From NCBI GenBank assembly GCA_030704615.1, contig CM060734.1, positions 33,914,001 to 33,978,000 of the forward strand: DNA of 64,000 nucleotides, written 5' to 3'. The translations under genes were made by a program, and so were the position numbers. The DNA comes from Takakia lepidozioides. Lineage: Eukaryota; Plantae; Bryophyta. Shown here piece after piece: positions 9,096 through 24,100 of this stretch; within the stretch, counting starts at the first letter, position 1, and each line of letters opens with the position of its first letter. The notes below the pieces were generated by a model. It was not told the origin of the DNA. It saw only the letters and a list, made by a program, of their open reading frames with translations, and did no database searches.

Positions 9096-12000
9096 ATGAG
9101 CTCGACATGTTGCCATTGGAAGAAAATATCACCCATTTGTGTAATACTTGTGGCATTACTGACAGGCGGATGGGTTATCCCACCGATGACATTCCATCTG
9201 ACTGGTGGAGCAAGCTGCATGGCAGTTGCTGCAACTGAATGCATCAGAGTGATTACATCTAAGAATGCACGGTTTGTTACATGCACAAGAAGGTTCCTTG
9301 CTGACTTAAATCAGTCTAGCACTTATGGATATGATGAGCTCAATCCTCAAGTCACTGGGTTAGTAACATGGGAAGGTCTTCTTGGGCTGGATGGATCCAT
9401 CTCAGAGCCTCAGTTGTTGTTGGAGTATCCAGATGATGAAGACATGGCCATTCAGCCCGCCAATTCTGAACAGCCGGTTGTCGGACCTGCCACAGCCACG
9501 GCTTCAGATGAGAGCGATGTTTTGCCTTTCAAAGGATTGGTTCCATGTCCTTCCAGAATGCGGGATGTCATTCCATGCCGGCACGAAGATGTGAATGATC
9601 ACTGTGGAGGATATGCACAAGCATCATGTCTAGTGACAGTTCCATCGCACTATGTGCAACTGTACAAATGGCCTCTGACTCATATTCAGGTGATTAGTGG
9701 TAAATTAGTCCTTATCATCATTCCAGGGCAGTTTGCCTGTTCTCTGCAGCTGTCTTCATTTTGGTACAATACTCTTGCACATTGGCCTTCATGCAAATGA
9801 TAGGGAAGGCCACGGTTAGCCACCTAGGGGAGCAGGTATGGGAACTGTAACAGGGTGACTGTGTGGTTGCTGCAGGCACGAACCCAAAATGTACCTAATG
9901 TGCCATTACTACAGTCAAGGCAAGCACGAGCCTGGGTCGAAATAAAACGCTCTATTATCTTTTTTCTCCCAGGTGGACCAATGTATGCAAATGGTGCTAG
10001 TGACTATCTTGACCACCTAACACAGGTTGTATAATCCTTGACTAACCTGCAGTCACCACATATACACAGTGGTCACTATTATAATCATCATTTGTGTAAC
10101 AATCCTTGATACCATGAGTGGCTGTCAATTGCAGAACGATTCAATCAATGATGTTATCCTTCAAGTATTGGGGCTGTCAGTGAACTCCTAAGTGATTGTT
10201 CCTCAGGTTAACCTGTCCTGCTTATGCAGCATTCGGGAATAGGGCTTTGTTTATGCAAAGCTTCACAGCTTCTAGAGACACTTCACAGTATCTGTAGTCC
10301 TGAAAATTTTCATTGTAGATCTCACAAGGTTAGAGATTGAACAATTCTTTCTGACAAAGTGAGCGGGGTGATCATGGATATCAGCTGGTTCCTCATGTGG
10401 CATTTGGAAAAAAGACGAGAGTGGTGCTGGATGTAGGCTGTGGCACTGGTAGTCTGAGTGTGGCTTTGGAGCAAAGGGGGGTTGTAACGCTATGTGTCGC
10501 ACAAACCCAGTCACCTGACAATGGTATTCAATTGGTGCTAGAACGCGGCTACCCAGGCTTGCTCATGGACACCATACTCTCAATGGAACGGTTCCCATAC
10601 CCAAGCGAGGCGTTCGACTTGCTTCACTGCGCTGCTTGCAATCTCCCATGGTCCAGCTATGGTTGGTACTACATTGTGGCGCATAGGAAACTATAAAGTC
10701 ATAGCTGCAGGCTCACGCTCTTGCAAATGTATGTTGCCAACCGCCTTGATCATTTCAAGTGCCAAAAAGGAGCCTATGACATTCTGAACTATGCATATTA
10801 TAATCAGCTGTAGCTCTTTAAGTTACATGACATCCTTATGAAAGCAGTGGTCTTATACTTGATACGGATGCGGTGCATACATGCAGATGGGAGGCTCTTG
10901 TTTGAGGCTGATCGTATACTTCGACGTGGGGGTTTCTTTGTGTGGATCCTGGATGCTTCTGAAGATCAGGGACTTAAATGGAGTGGTTTGCTCCGACTTT
11001 AACTCTTTCTCCCCCATGAGTTCCGAGAGTGGAAAGCCAAATCTAAAGGAGGTTATTGATCTTTTTAGTTAAGAGACTCTGCTCCTCGGCTGCTCTCTAA
11101 TTTTGCATCTTTGTGAAAAACAATCTAGACTTTTGCTATTAGTTTGTGGCCATTGATTTGTGTGACTACTATACTATTCCCAGGGAACTTTATCCAAGGA
11201 TCTGTTTTTTTTTTTGGGGGGGAGACTGTAGAGATGCATAAGCAGGCTGAGAGGATATGCTGGGAGCTGACGGTAAAGACAGACTTGGTGGCTGTGTGGC
11301 ACAAACCCACTAACATCACCACCAGTGACTGCTATCATCAAGCACTTCTCGTATCTTTGTGCCCATCTGTACCTGCAGCTGATGATACCTGGTACCCAGT
11401 CTAAAACAACATCCCTCGTGTTTGCCTCATCGCATTCATCCTAATCATAGGCGCTTTCAGCTTGTCCCTTCCTTGTAGTTCTCTCCATTTGCAAGCACCA
11501 GTCTCTTTCTTCTACCTTGTCCCACTGGCCCTTGTGGCCCTCTATGGACATTATAGTGTTTTGTTCTTTCTTTCATTCTCACCCTTAGACAGTCACTCGA
11601 ACAATAGTTTTTATCTCTGGCTCTGGTTTTGTTTCCTCTCTCATGTTTTCTTCCATTTTGTCCCATAAGCTCTATGAGCTTTCCCCGGACGTTATAAAGC
11701 ACCATTTCATTTCATTTCTAGTACCATTTCATTGCATTTATTTCTCATCCTCGCCCTCTTGAGTGATTGGCTACCTCTAATAAGCAGTAGTAGAGGCCCT
11801 GGATTTCATAGTAGAGCAGACAGTCAAGGAAGATATGCTCCTCAGTCTCAATTTCCTTTCTAGCACATGCAGGCAAACCTTTTAACAGTCTATTGACGTA
11901 CAATTGAGGTGGGATGGTCATCACTCTTAACCGAGACACAAATGCTCCAAGAAAGGACATATATATGTCATTGGGAACAGAAGTCTTGACAGATGAGATT

Positions 12001-13327
12001 GACTGAACTGGAATGTGGCAGGAAGATTGCTATAAAGGCTTGCCTCGTGGACACAGGGGCAGGTACACTCGTGGAAGAGGATGAGTGGAAGGCGCGGCTT
12101 GTAAACCCACCTCAACGACTAGAACGTGTGGCGGCAGCTGGGCTGCAAGCAGCTAAGGCGGAAGCATACATTGCTGACTTGAACTACTGGGTTTACATCA
12201 CAGATTTCTATGTGCGATTCTTTGGTGAAAGAAGGGTCCTTGATATACGCAATGTCCTCGACATGAGCGCTGGCTATGGAGGGTACTCTCTTTTCAATCT
12301 TGTAGGCTCATGTGTCAGGAGTCCAAAAGTGTACGCAAATCACTGCGCTCTTTTGATAAATCTTTGGACTGAGTAGCTCTTTTATGCATAGCATGCACGC
12401 ACTCATTGCCTTTAGAGTGATCAACCTCCTGTTGTCTTAAAGCAGTTGTTCACGTGGGCAGGTTTGCTGCAGCACTGGCTTTGAAAAGGCCCCATTTACA
12501 ATGGTGGGTGTTAAATGTGGTTCCCATCGATGGGCCTGATCGCCTCCCTGTTATATTTGATCGTGGCCTATTGGGAGTGTACCATGATTGGTATGTTATG
12601 CATTTGTTTTGAGTCCCTTGAAAGTTTTAGTTCTACATGTATAATAATCTAACAGTATATTGGTTTAATTTCTCTGTAGAATGGTCTATGCCATTCTGCA
12701 AAAATTTCATTTGTACCTTGTCTAAACTGGCTCCCACTATTTCCAAGATTCTTGCTTCCAAGGAAAGAGGTCACACTTGGTGAATTTGAGGGTAGGATGC
12801 GTTGCATTTTGCATGTTTGGAGGAAGGTGTGAGAGCTTGAATCTTTACCCCCGCACATTCGACATGATTCATGCATCAAATTTCTTTTCTACCAAGCCCA
12901 GGTAAGTAACGTACCTGGACACCTGACCTTCACGTCTGTTTACTAGGGAAGTACTTTGTACAAAGATGACCAGCACAACTCATATGAAGATGTCACGACT
13001 TGATATGACTTGAAGAAAAAATTAGAATAGAAACAGGGGTGCACTGGAACTCATGGGAACATAGGCACTGTACTACATTGATGATAAATGCTGAACCATG
13101 GCAGGTGTCCAATGAGATTGATGGTGCAAGAAATGGACCGATTGTTGAGGCCTGGTGGATTTGCCTTAATCCGGGACCGTAAACTCACATTACAGAAGGT
13201 GCAGTACATTGCAGAAGCGTTGCATTGGAAGACATCTGTGAGCGACACAGAAAGCGGGCCCATGGGCACTGATAAATTGTTGCATTGTCAGAAGATCAAT
13301 TGGCATTGGGTTAAGCCACAATCCTAG
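9096..13327 (+). CDS. Probable SAM-dependent methyltransferase, DUF248 / PMT family (type II membrane protein)
   Basis: Exons about 9096-9689, 9876-10025, 10385-10661, 10887-10985, 11232-11391, 12022-12282, 12462-12590, 12827-12901 and 13105-13327, all with GT-AG borders. Motifs VVLDVGCGTGS, RFPYPSEAFDLLHC, EADRILRRGG, IRNVLDMSAGYGGFAAAL, DRGLLGVYHDWCE, YPRTFDMIHA, EMDRLLRPGG. N-terminal hydrophobic anchor. Start codon uncertain. Confidence 0.9.
11480..11960. mobile_element. Two tail-to-tail LINE 3' fragments in a PMT intron
   Basis: 11640-11720 (+) carries GTCCCATAAGCTC...GGACGTTATAAAGCACC(ATTTC)n. 11745-11960 (-) encodes [22 protein letters not shown]. Both match the LINE at 18561-20330. 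Confidence 0.75.
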
Positions 13328-13849
13328 TTGCGCAGTGACAGCTCTTGTCACTCACTTTGTCCCCTACCATCATTGTTTTAAGTCATCTCCACTCAACAGC
13401 TGGAAATATTGGTAAACTGTAAACCACCAAGATGTTATGCGGTCTGTTTGAGAAAACTAGTTTCAAAGAAAGTCTAACCACCAAGTTTGAACAGACAGGA
13501 CTGTTCCTGCAAGCTTACTGCCCTGCGATTTACAACATGGTGACTGTCTGTTTTACTTGTATATCATTCATTGTGTCATGCTTTCTCACTTGAGCCATTG
13601 AATCAAAGTTACAATACTGGTGAGTAAACAATCACGTGCAAAACTGTTGTCTGTTTTAGGCAAAATATCTTCAAAGAGTACCCGGAATGTTTGGGACTGT
13701 GAAGAACTGGATCGAATGTGAAAGCATTGCAATGTTCTCACGCAACATCATATATCAATAAGGTAGTTTTGTAGCTGGAGCAGGTATCAGACTCCTTGGC
13801 TGCTTTGTCAGATAGTCTTCCCCTCAGCTGTCAATGTTGCCCTCCTTAG

Positions 13850-16800
13850 TATGGGTGATCTCTCCGGAATATGATTTGGGAGGCAGTGGACTAGAGGGAA
13901 AAGCTTGTGAAGGGCCCTCCTCTCTTTCTTACAACAAGTGATGTTCTCACAACAAGAGCATTCGGAACTCCAGTCTCGTCCACAACGACCAACTATGCTC
14001 AGCGCATGGTGTACCGTCTTCCTTCTGGGAAGTATTTGTAAGTGAATCCGGATTTGATAGAACTGCAGGCATTCATGGCTTCAGTTGTACCCTCAAACGG
14101 GCGAACGTCCCTATAGTACATCTCTGCTGCCTTCTGTCCCAACACTAGCGCACCTAGCACGTTAGTACATGCTTGCAGAACTAAATGCGCTCAAACAATC
14201 ACTCTCAGAAACAGGAAGATTGAGCGGTACTAACTCATTGCAGCTGCTGGGGCACTGGAGGATTTCCGAAATTCAACTATAATAATGCGTAGCGGAAACT
14301 ACTATCATAGCCAAGACGAAGATGATGTCGTGCTGGAAATCATAGTGAAAGAGGGAACCCACCGCTCCAGTCCCTGACATTGAACCCCCTTCACCTGCAG
14401 TGAAGAATCCTTTCGTTCCTCTTGGTCCCTAGAACCCGTACCAACAAGGTGAGAGATCAATGTGAAGAATATCGCCATATGCAAATGCATATGTCCGGGA
14501 TAGAGACAAACACAAACATTGTTAACAGACTGTTCAATGTTGTGAAAATTGAAGAAAACAATGAAGTGAAATGGCACTGTATAACGTTGCTCAAAGGTCA
14601 AAGAACTTATGGAACAAGAGAAAGCAAGAAACAAGAAAGAGAGTGGGGCCAGCAGCAAGCAGCCCAAATAGAACAGCTACCTATTGATGAAGGGATTGAC
14701 GGCCTCGGTGTACATAGGTACACTATGCGTAATTCGAGGTTTTCTTCAAGAAAGGTTTAAAGGCATTTTTGAGAAGACAAAATTTGTAAATACGAGAGAG
14801 AGGGTCTTACATAACGGACTTCGTTTCGTATATCGTCTTCTGTAACCTTCTTTCTCGGAATGTATTCTTCTTTCGGAATTGGAGGTAAGGGGCGCTCATG
14901 CTCCACATTGGCCGGGTCAAATACCTGCTATAAAATTTTATCCATTAGTATCCGTCTGAAAATCTTTAACAAGTTTTCCTTCCTCAAAAGAATTCTCGAG
15001 GGCCGTGCCTTGAAGCATACGTCCAGCATTGAGGTGACTCTTTGTCCAAGCAAAATGGAGATCTTGGGTGTCGAAGACTAATCCAACATCCGTGACCAAT
15101 TTCAGAACAGTGTCACGTGGTAGAAGTACAATTCATCAAAGTGGTTGAAATCGAACCGTGTATGGGTACTTCACAGGACATTCTTTATCCGACAGAGGCT
15201 TCAAGTGTTCAGTGTGACCGCAGTTCAATCGGGGTGGCATCACCTCTTGGACACATCTCTCCCTGAGTTCTTTCTCTTTCCTCTGGAAAAGCCACAAGGA
15301 AATACATGAAATTCAGTGAGAGCCTTGAGAGCCTGGAGGAAGACCAAGATAAAAAAAACAGTGAATTAGACCAATCCGGATTTCGAAATTGACAACCAGA
15401 GAGATGATCAGTAGATTTCTGAAATCTGACCTGTCCATAATCTTCTGCTGCGAGTATTTCTTTGTTGCGATCAAAACCTCCGATTGGTATCTGTCCAGCA
15501 GGGACGAATTAGTCAGAGACATCGGAGGCAAATATTCAACAAAGGATTTGGGAGAAAACATGTCTCACAAGTATTTACATATATCTGGCTGTCTGCACAG
15601 TACAGACACTTGTGTCAATCCATGTAGAGATTAAATTGATGTACGAGTTCTACTTCAGAAATGGAGAAAGGAAACAAAATCTATAACAACTGGACACTGG
15701 ATATATGGACCCCTTCCGATTTTCTCCCTTGAAAATCTTACCTCCAGCCAACCGACTAATTTTTAGCACGAATCTGCTTCAAGAGAACTGAAGGATTCTA
15801 AATCACGGTAGAAGTGGTGGAACAAGTGGTGTCCAATACAATTCTCATGTGACCGATCCAACCTCGGTTACAGCTCTGCATGGAAGGTCCAACAAAGTTG
15901 ATTGGAAGGAAAATGATGCTGGATGCGGGGATACCTTGTTGTGGTGGAAGCTCATGTCATTGGAAGAGGTTTGGAAGGCTGTCCGTGCTTCAAAGCCATC
16001 CCGGTATTTTATGTAAGGATCATTTTTATCCATTGGAAGGACAGAGTGGTCATACTTCTCTGGAACTTTAACTCTCGAGTACTCGACACTGGGGATCGCA
16101 GTTGTCAATTCAGTCCGGGCCAGAAATAAGAACTTAGCTATAGAGGCTTACTCAATGATAACCCAGTGAATCAAATCCTTATTTCAAAGCAAGTGTGGAA
16201 GACAATTGTTCGACAGACAGTGCTTTTTCCATTGAAGAATTTAATCGGGATTTAATCCCAGAACTTCGAATTACATATGAAAACTACCACATCCCTCTAT
16301 TTCCCCCTCTCTTCAGGCTCTCTTTCACAGTACTAAACAACATCTCTCCAGGGACATAAAAAGTTTCTTTCTTCATTCACATGTAGATGTGTCGGACAAC
16401 CTGATTTACAACCTTGTTTTTTATGATCTAGAAAAGATAAAACAAAAGATCTACTGTAATTCTAGTGAAATCCAACCTGTATAGTGAAAGGTCTGTCTCA
16501 AAAGGCATTGGATTCCTTATGACTTTGTTGGGATGCCTGAACCACCCTCCTCCTTCTTTCGGTGGATCGTAGTCCCCGGGTTTTGGTTTTTTGTACTGGG
16601 TTTACGATTAGCAGGGGATATCTATCAGAAATCGCATGATAGTACGCATCTTAAAGAACACTAAATACATTTGAAGGGAAAACACAAATTCTGCTTGTTA
16701 AGTATACAAGGCAAGCAACTCACAGAAACAAGAAGTGTTTATCTTTGGTATCTTGTTGCATTATGTTCTAGTGCAGAAAGACACACAGATTACTGATGTC

Positions 16801-17750
16801 TAGATCCGTGGGTCCAGATCACCAGACCTTGTTTCCAAATCTCCAAATTTACCACAGATCTAATTTGATCAGAGAAGCATGAAACTGATGGAATTGGTTA
16901 GGGAGGTGTACTTCGACGTCGTATAAAGTCTCCCAGCGGGTACCGGATCTGTCACTTCTGGTCTCTTGTGGAATAGGTTTGGATATGGCGAGGTGAGGTG
17001 CCATTGTCTAACTCCGAAAGAAGACCACACAGTACAAGTTTGAATATTCACAGGGTAGATGAACGCTATTGGGGCACACCAAAGGAGGCAGATCTGGACT
17101 GTCTACCGAACAGCAATTCTGTGTATCTTGTCCCTTTTATAGTCTCACGGATTCATGGCACATTTAATTCAAGAGACAACATTCCCTATTATACATCTGG
17201 TCTGCGACGATCCCCTACCTTCTAATCCTCGTTCCTGCCTCGTTTCCTTCTTTCCCACAAGTCCCATAAGCTCTTTGAGCTTTCTGCGGACGTTATATTG
17301 TGTCATTTACGTCTCTCTCTCTCACTGTTTCTTCGTCACCAGAAACAGAAGTTGGACTGCCAGAGAACACTCTTGAGCCGCTTGAACAGATCTTCACGCG
17401 GTTCAGATGGCTATGGCGGTTTTCGACTCGATGGGTCTTTGCACTGGGACGCAGATGGTGGTGAGTTCAAATTTAGGCAGGGCGATCTCACTGTTTTCTG
17501 AAAGAAACCCACATCCAAGAGTTGGAATATGGCTGATTTGATAACCGTTTCTCCTGGACGTCCTCCCAGAGTTTGTCAGATTGCAAGATCTTCCAGGACT
17601 CTCTTTACAACCTTTCATTGGAATATTCAACTCAGAAATCTTATGACAATTGAAGGACAGGGTCAGGCTGTCTAATCAATCTGAGAAGTATCGGAGCAAT
17701 GGCTACCGTGTCTTCATCAACAAATGCAGGCATGCCTGAAGATGGTGTCT
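13850..17750 (-). pseudogene. Possible decayed multi-exon gene of unknown function
   Basis: Coding-like peptide stretches next to splice-like sites (e.g. ALVLGQKAAEMYYRDVRPFEG near 14100-14150; ORF 15845-16108), but many stops and no recognisable domain. Confidence 0.25.
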
Positions 17751-18136
17751 TCATAAAAAAATTTATTGAAAACTTTCCAAGTTCCTCTTACACCCCTTGG
17801 CTATTATCCTCAAATCGAAAGCATACATAGCACAAGAATTGCAATTAAAGGAGGGGCTCAATAAAGTACAGAAGAAAGTAAATGACATTGGTGAGGAACC
17901 CTCATGGGTATTCTTCAACGACAGATTTGCTAAGCTGTTGCCTCACATTGGATCGAACCCATCAGTTAAACGGGCCACTGTTGATCCGTAAGCCACAGCT
18001 CTTCTGAGATGATGGGCACATGAATGATGCTTCATGATCAAGTTTTCTTTCTGTGTTCTATTCTCATTTGAGAATTCTGTCCTGTATAAGGGAATGCTGC
18101 TTAGAAAGAAAACCTATCAAACAATGAACTCGACGA

Positions 18137-21100
18137 TTACGCCACTTGATCAGCTAGACTTCTGTTCAAAAGCATGGTGCACACTTGAATGGCTTCACCC
18201 ACAGTAAGGAAGATCCACTCTTGTCCCAGTAGATCTATGTACATCGATTGACTCAACTTCTCAATCACACTTGTTCCTGGATTCGCCAGTGCTAACTGCA
18301 GACCAGAAGATGACAAGACTAGTCAAATCTCCACATAGATGAATGATGGTTAGAAACGAGAAGACCATTTACACATAGTTAAATAGGGCTATCTCAAAGA
18401 GGTCAAAAGAGGAGCTCAAACCATTTGAGAAGGTGTCTTATCTTACCTGAATATGGCGTCGCTTCAAGGCCCGTTCTAGCTCTTCAAAACTATGGATGCC
18501 ACTGGTGTCGATGTTTGTGACAGCTGCGTACACCCAATCCAGATAATTTACTGGAGAGACATGAAATGAAATGAAATGAAATGAAATGAAATGTACTTTA
18601 TCACGTCCATGAAAGAAATGAAATGAAATGAAATGGTGCTTTATAACGTCCGCGGAAAGCTCGTAGAGCTTATGGGACAAAATGGAAGAAAACATGAGAG
18701 AGGAACAAATCCAGAAACCACAATTAATGTTCTAGCGATTGTCTAAGGGTGAAGGCCTCGTGTAGGTAGGCTGCCAAGCATTTTTTATCCTCATAGTGAA
18801 AGACATCAGTGAGAGTTTGGGTTCCACTGAGTAAACAGTGGAATCTCCCACGGACCTCGTAGTATAGAGGGCAGTAGAAGAAGAAGTGTTCTTCAGTTTC
18901 AATTTCCTTGCTGCGCCCTATGCAAGCTGGACATAGGCGGTCCTCCCGTTGCAGGTTTTCCCATCTGCCAATCTCTATCCGTAGGTTGTGGGAACCCACC
19001 CTGAACCGCCCCAATGCCCTCAAGAGGGAAGGAGATAAGGGTGCTGAAAGGTAATTTGGTCTCAAGATTCTATCATCGCGGAGCACCAAGAATGTCTCTC
19101 GATAGAAGTGGAACTTTGTTGTGAGATTGGGTAGCATCCAAGTTCTCTTGACATGTAATTCCATAAGCTCTCTCCGAATGAGTCTGTTGCGGTCATGTCT
19201 GGAAGTGATGTCCACCTCATCTGGGTTCATTGGTAATAGGAAAGCAGTAGAAAGTCCGTTACGTTGAAATAAACTGTCCACTCGAGCATACCAGGAGTTC
19301 CTGAAACCTGCAGCTTTGAGCCTCATAGATGTTGTGAGGGCCCTTGCCACTAGCCCTTTGGGTGGAAGGGCCTGCAATCTATGGAGAAAGATTGTAAGCC
19401 TGAAGAGGGCCTCGGATTGCAATGGTACACATGCGAACTCTGCACCTAGGATCTGAGATGGAGTCGTGCTCCTGGCGCCAAGCATTGCTTGGAGAAAAGA
19501 TGACTGTAATGGTTCCAAATTCTTTTCCCACCAGGAGACAGGGACACCAGGTGCCCAGAACTCACAACCATAGATGGTAGCAGGGCTGACGACAGTGTCA
19601 AACAGCCACTTTTTGGTCGGGGGATGCCGCAGATGTATTTGCTTACATTTGGCCTGAAGGCGGACGGAGGCCGCCTTACCTTTAGTCAATCTGTCCAAGG
19701 CTGTGGCTGCAAAGTGAAACTTGGGGGAGTGGATAACCAGACCTAGGTACCGGTATGATTTCACAATCTCAATTTCCTGCTGGTTGAAGATGAATCTACG
19801 ATCAGCCTGGCCATTGAAGACCATGATCTTGGTCTTGCTAAGATTGACTTGCACCCCATAGTCTTTGCAGAACTGTTCCAAAATTTTAAGATGGCGTTGC
19901 AGAAAGACCGGGGATTGTGCCAAAAGGGCAACATCATCAGCGTAGAGGAGATCTGATTGGGTTGGTCCCCCATCCAATGGGACCCCAACCCCATGGTTTT
20001 TTGATATGTAATTCTCCAAGGCGTCAATGTAGATCCCGAACAGGGTAGGTGAAAGGGGCAGCCCTGTTTGACTCCAATGTTGCTGTGGATCTCGGCTGAG
20101 AATTCACCAGCGACGTTGACCATGCCAGTGACAATCTCATACATAGAAGAGATGGCACAAAGGATGCCTGGAGGGACTTCCACTCTACGGAGCCGTTGGA
20201 AGAGAAGGTCCCGAGGAACTGAATCAAAGGCTTTGTGAAAGTCCACGAAGCAAACATAGACCATTTTTCATGCATGGCGTGAAGAGTCCACCGATAAAAA
20301 GTGGGTGGATGATGCTCTTTGTCCACTCTGTTGGAAAGCCCCGTTGCACCACCTCATTGAAGAGGTTAGCTATAAAAGGGGCTAAAGTAGGTGCAGAAAG
20401 AAAGAGAGGAATACCTCGATGATAAGGACCCTAAGTGCAGGGAGCTGATAGAGAATACAGGTGTATAAAACTAATTAAGTAGAATGCCGATTGACTTCAC
20501 AAGCATTTGATACAACCTGGACCTGGTGACCTTCAGAGGGACTTGTAGAAGCAAGGAAATATCGAAGGACTTACGAGCCATTTCCACGATCACATACTGT
20601 AGAGGCACACTGCTTGAAGATAGCTTCAAGCGCTCTTCTTCCTCGAGCACATATCTTAATATCCTGCTTGGTACATGCCCGTGATACATCCAACCCATAA
20701 GATATTAAATCAATAAAACAAAACAAAAAATTGGATAAAATGCCTACTTATTTCCTATACACACCATTTTGTTACATCGCATTCTTTTTTCATATGAAAT
20801 CATTTGGAAGTGCCTTCCCTCTTGGAACCATCCAAGGGAGGACCATGGCATGCAAAGCTCTTTCTATCCCTCCCTAAGTTTCCATTGAAGGAAAAAAAAT
20901 GACAGCACAACCAACCTTTCGCGGATGTAGTTGGAGTTAGAGAAGTAGATGGCAGCATCAATGCGCACAACAAGGATACCAGGAACTCGTGATGCATCTG
21001 GATACTGATGGACATTGCGATAGACACTGGTGCCAGGAATATTCCCCAGGATGGCAGTGTGTGGCCGAGTTACATGGAACAGTATTTTGGCAAGTGAAAT

Positions 21101-24100
21101 GCACACCTGCGTTGCCAACAAAACGTATTGAGAATGGAAAAGAAATCTTCGATGCATCTCTATCCCTCTCTATGACAAACAAAGTCAGGCATAAGACTTC
21201 CCTGAACTTGTTTTTCAGTTTATGACATGGCTGAGGACCTTAAGGATGATCTGAGGGCTCGGCCCTGGCCTAAATTTTAATCTCAGGGCCGGGAGTCTAC
21301 CTTTGAATAATAAACAGATGCAGAGAGGAAAGGGAGATTGTCAATGCCCAACGTGTTGGGCGGCCTGAAGACAAAATCCATTTCTGATACAAGGTCCGGG
21401 GTATTCTCATCAGAGAGCAACCCTCCTCAGGACCATCAAGAACATAGTCCCTGCACCTCTGTTCACCAATTTTAAAAATCTTGAGGCTGAGCCTAAAGCC
21501 CCGGTCCTGTTAGGGTCTCATTGCCGGCAGCTCACTCACAGCAGATTGATGCTTGTGTGAAGGATTTCTAGAGAAAATCTGGTAAGCCAAACCAATTGTT
21601 TATACCAATGTACGTCCCACTACAGGAGTGACCCCTCACCAAGGTTGTGTGTGTTCCCTCTTGTTCCGCCCAGGGGCGGGCCACAAGGGCTACCGCAAGC
21701 AATGTCTAATAAGTACAATCTCTTATACTTGACAACAACTTTGGAGAGGCTTCCAGACTTAATGTACATACAATTGGGCCTTCTTAAACAAGGAGGGAAG
21801 TACCTAGTCTGCTTCCTTACTTCAGTAAAATAACAGAATCCACAAAAATCATAACTTCTGGACACCCTCACATACATTCATGTGATTCAATACAATCCAA
21901 AGAAAACAACCTGGATCTACCAGTGGGAGGGGTTTGACAGTAATTACAGCAATAAGAAGCCCAATCTCAACAGATACGAAAAAGACACCGAAGAATGCCC
22001 CCAAGCATGCAATGAAGTCGAGCTTGTCAATCTTCCAAATGAGGTATGCAGCCTTGAAGTCTATCAAACTGAGGACAGCTGCAATGATGACAGCCGCGAG
22101 GATACAATTGGGTGTGTAGTAGAAGAGCGGTGTGAGAACCAGCAGTGTAATCATCACTATCACAGCCATCACTATGTTGGAGAGCGCTGTATGGACACCT
22201 GCATTATAGTTAACCGCAGACCTTGAAAAGGACCCTGTTGCCATAACCAACATACACCCACCACACAGTATAAGCAAGTTAAGATTCTGTTGACCCCTCA
22301 AACAAAATTCATGTCACTTCCTTTTCTCTTAATTTGAGTGGGGTTACTCCAGGTTCCAATAGTGCCCACAACACTACCTTCCTTTCGGACCAAGAAAACC
22401 ACCCCTCTTTTCTTCCCCTTCAGCAACCTGTTTGTGATCCTAACCTCCACGCAACCCTGCTGATGCAGAAATCCATGTAACCCACATCCCCTGAGAAATA
22501 GCTGAAACCCCACCATAAATAAGTGCACGTGAGCTCTTTCATGCCTGAGAAATAGCTGAAACCCCACCATAAATAAGTGCACGTGAGCTCTTTCATGCCA
22601 AAGAGATAGGTTACTTATTCCATAATGTAAAGGGTTTTGGCAAAATGCACACCTGTAGCTATGTAGCACGAGGTCACAGATCCGCAAATATTCATAACTC
22701 CAAGTGCAATCATCTCCTTGTTTCCATCAATGTGGTAGTCTTTCAGTGCTGCAAATGTCCGTGCAATGGCAATAGCTTCCTACAGAGTGACCATCATTCC
22801 ACCTCCTCATGAGACCTGTGACCCCGGAGGAAACAAAGAGGAGAGAGCACACCATGTTGATAACCCAAAGAATGTCTACAACCACATGCCTTCCGCTATG
22901 GAGGATAGTGGTAGCTACGGGATCAGGAATACAATACCGTGAGAGCGATGAGGGCAGCAACCAATCCAATCTTGGCAGCCTTGGCAATAAGGTGTCCACT
23001 GAACTCGAGCTCATGAGAAGAAGCCGGATTTAGACCCTTCTTAATGTGACCCACCTGTCAAAATCCATGTGAACGTAGCCTCAAATTCTTGCTTCCTGTC
23101 TCCTTCTGAGGTCCCATACTTTCAGATTATCACTATGGATAGGTCTCTAGCCAGATTCCTATAGACCAGGTACTAAATCAAAATGTGCCAACCTTTTCGT
23201 GAGGTTACTTGTCATGATTGAGAACCAGCATGTTTCCTCCATATACATCAGCACGCACATGAACAAGTTTAGTACATGAACTGGTGACAAAATTAGAATT
23301 GGTTGTAACAGGTTGATTCATCATTGATTCATCACGTGCCCAAATGCGATTTGTCTCGATATTTAGTGAATGTACCCCTCTTATCTGCAAATGTTTACAC
23401 TGTAATGGCAAGCTGCACTATGTCAAGAGTTTGAACAGTATGCATAATGTCTACATTGGCATATTATAAGAGTTCACTGGTTCAAAATCTTTTCGGAAAA
23501 ACAAAAGCAACTTACAATTTTCACCCCATGCTTGTCAGCCCGCGACACGAACACAAAGAGAGTAGACAAAATTACTGCTGTGAGTGGTGCAATTGCTGCC
23601 ACCCAAAACAGCTTCTTCTTTCTCTGAGCCTGAATCAACCAACAGAAGTCAATCATAGATATCAACCATGTTTGCAAGATCTGCCAAAGCTGCAAACGAA
23701 AGAATTCGAGTTTGTCAATTCCTGCCGGCCACGGGGAGGTACATACATAGATGAAAGAAAAAAAACCTTACAATAGGAAGTAGAAAACAAGGGAGAGATA
23801 GAAATGAAATGAAATGAACTGGCACTTTAAAACGTCCACAGGAAGCTCAAAGAGCTTATGACGAAAGAAACAAGAAAGAGAGAGGCGCTACAAACAGCCC
23901 AAAAGCAACTAAAACTCAAGGGATGTCTAAGAGGAGGAAAGAGGGCTCACTATTAATTTGGTGACGAGAAGGAATGCCAGAAAGGAAAGCCCGATCACTA
24001 TTGCTCGCCAATTCCACTGCACATCAGATGACAAAAAGTTAGGTGCCCCAGTTCAAGAAAAAATTGAAGCGGCGGGTGCAGGATTCAGATGTGATGGAGA

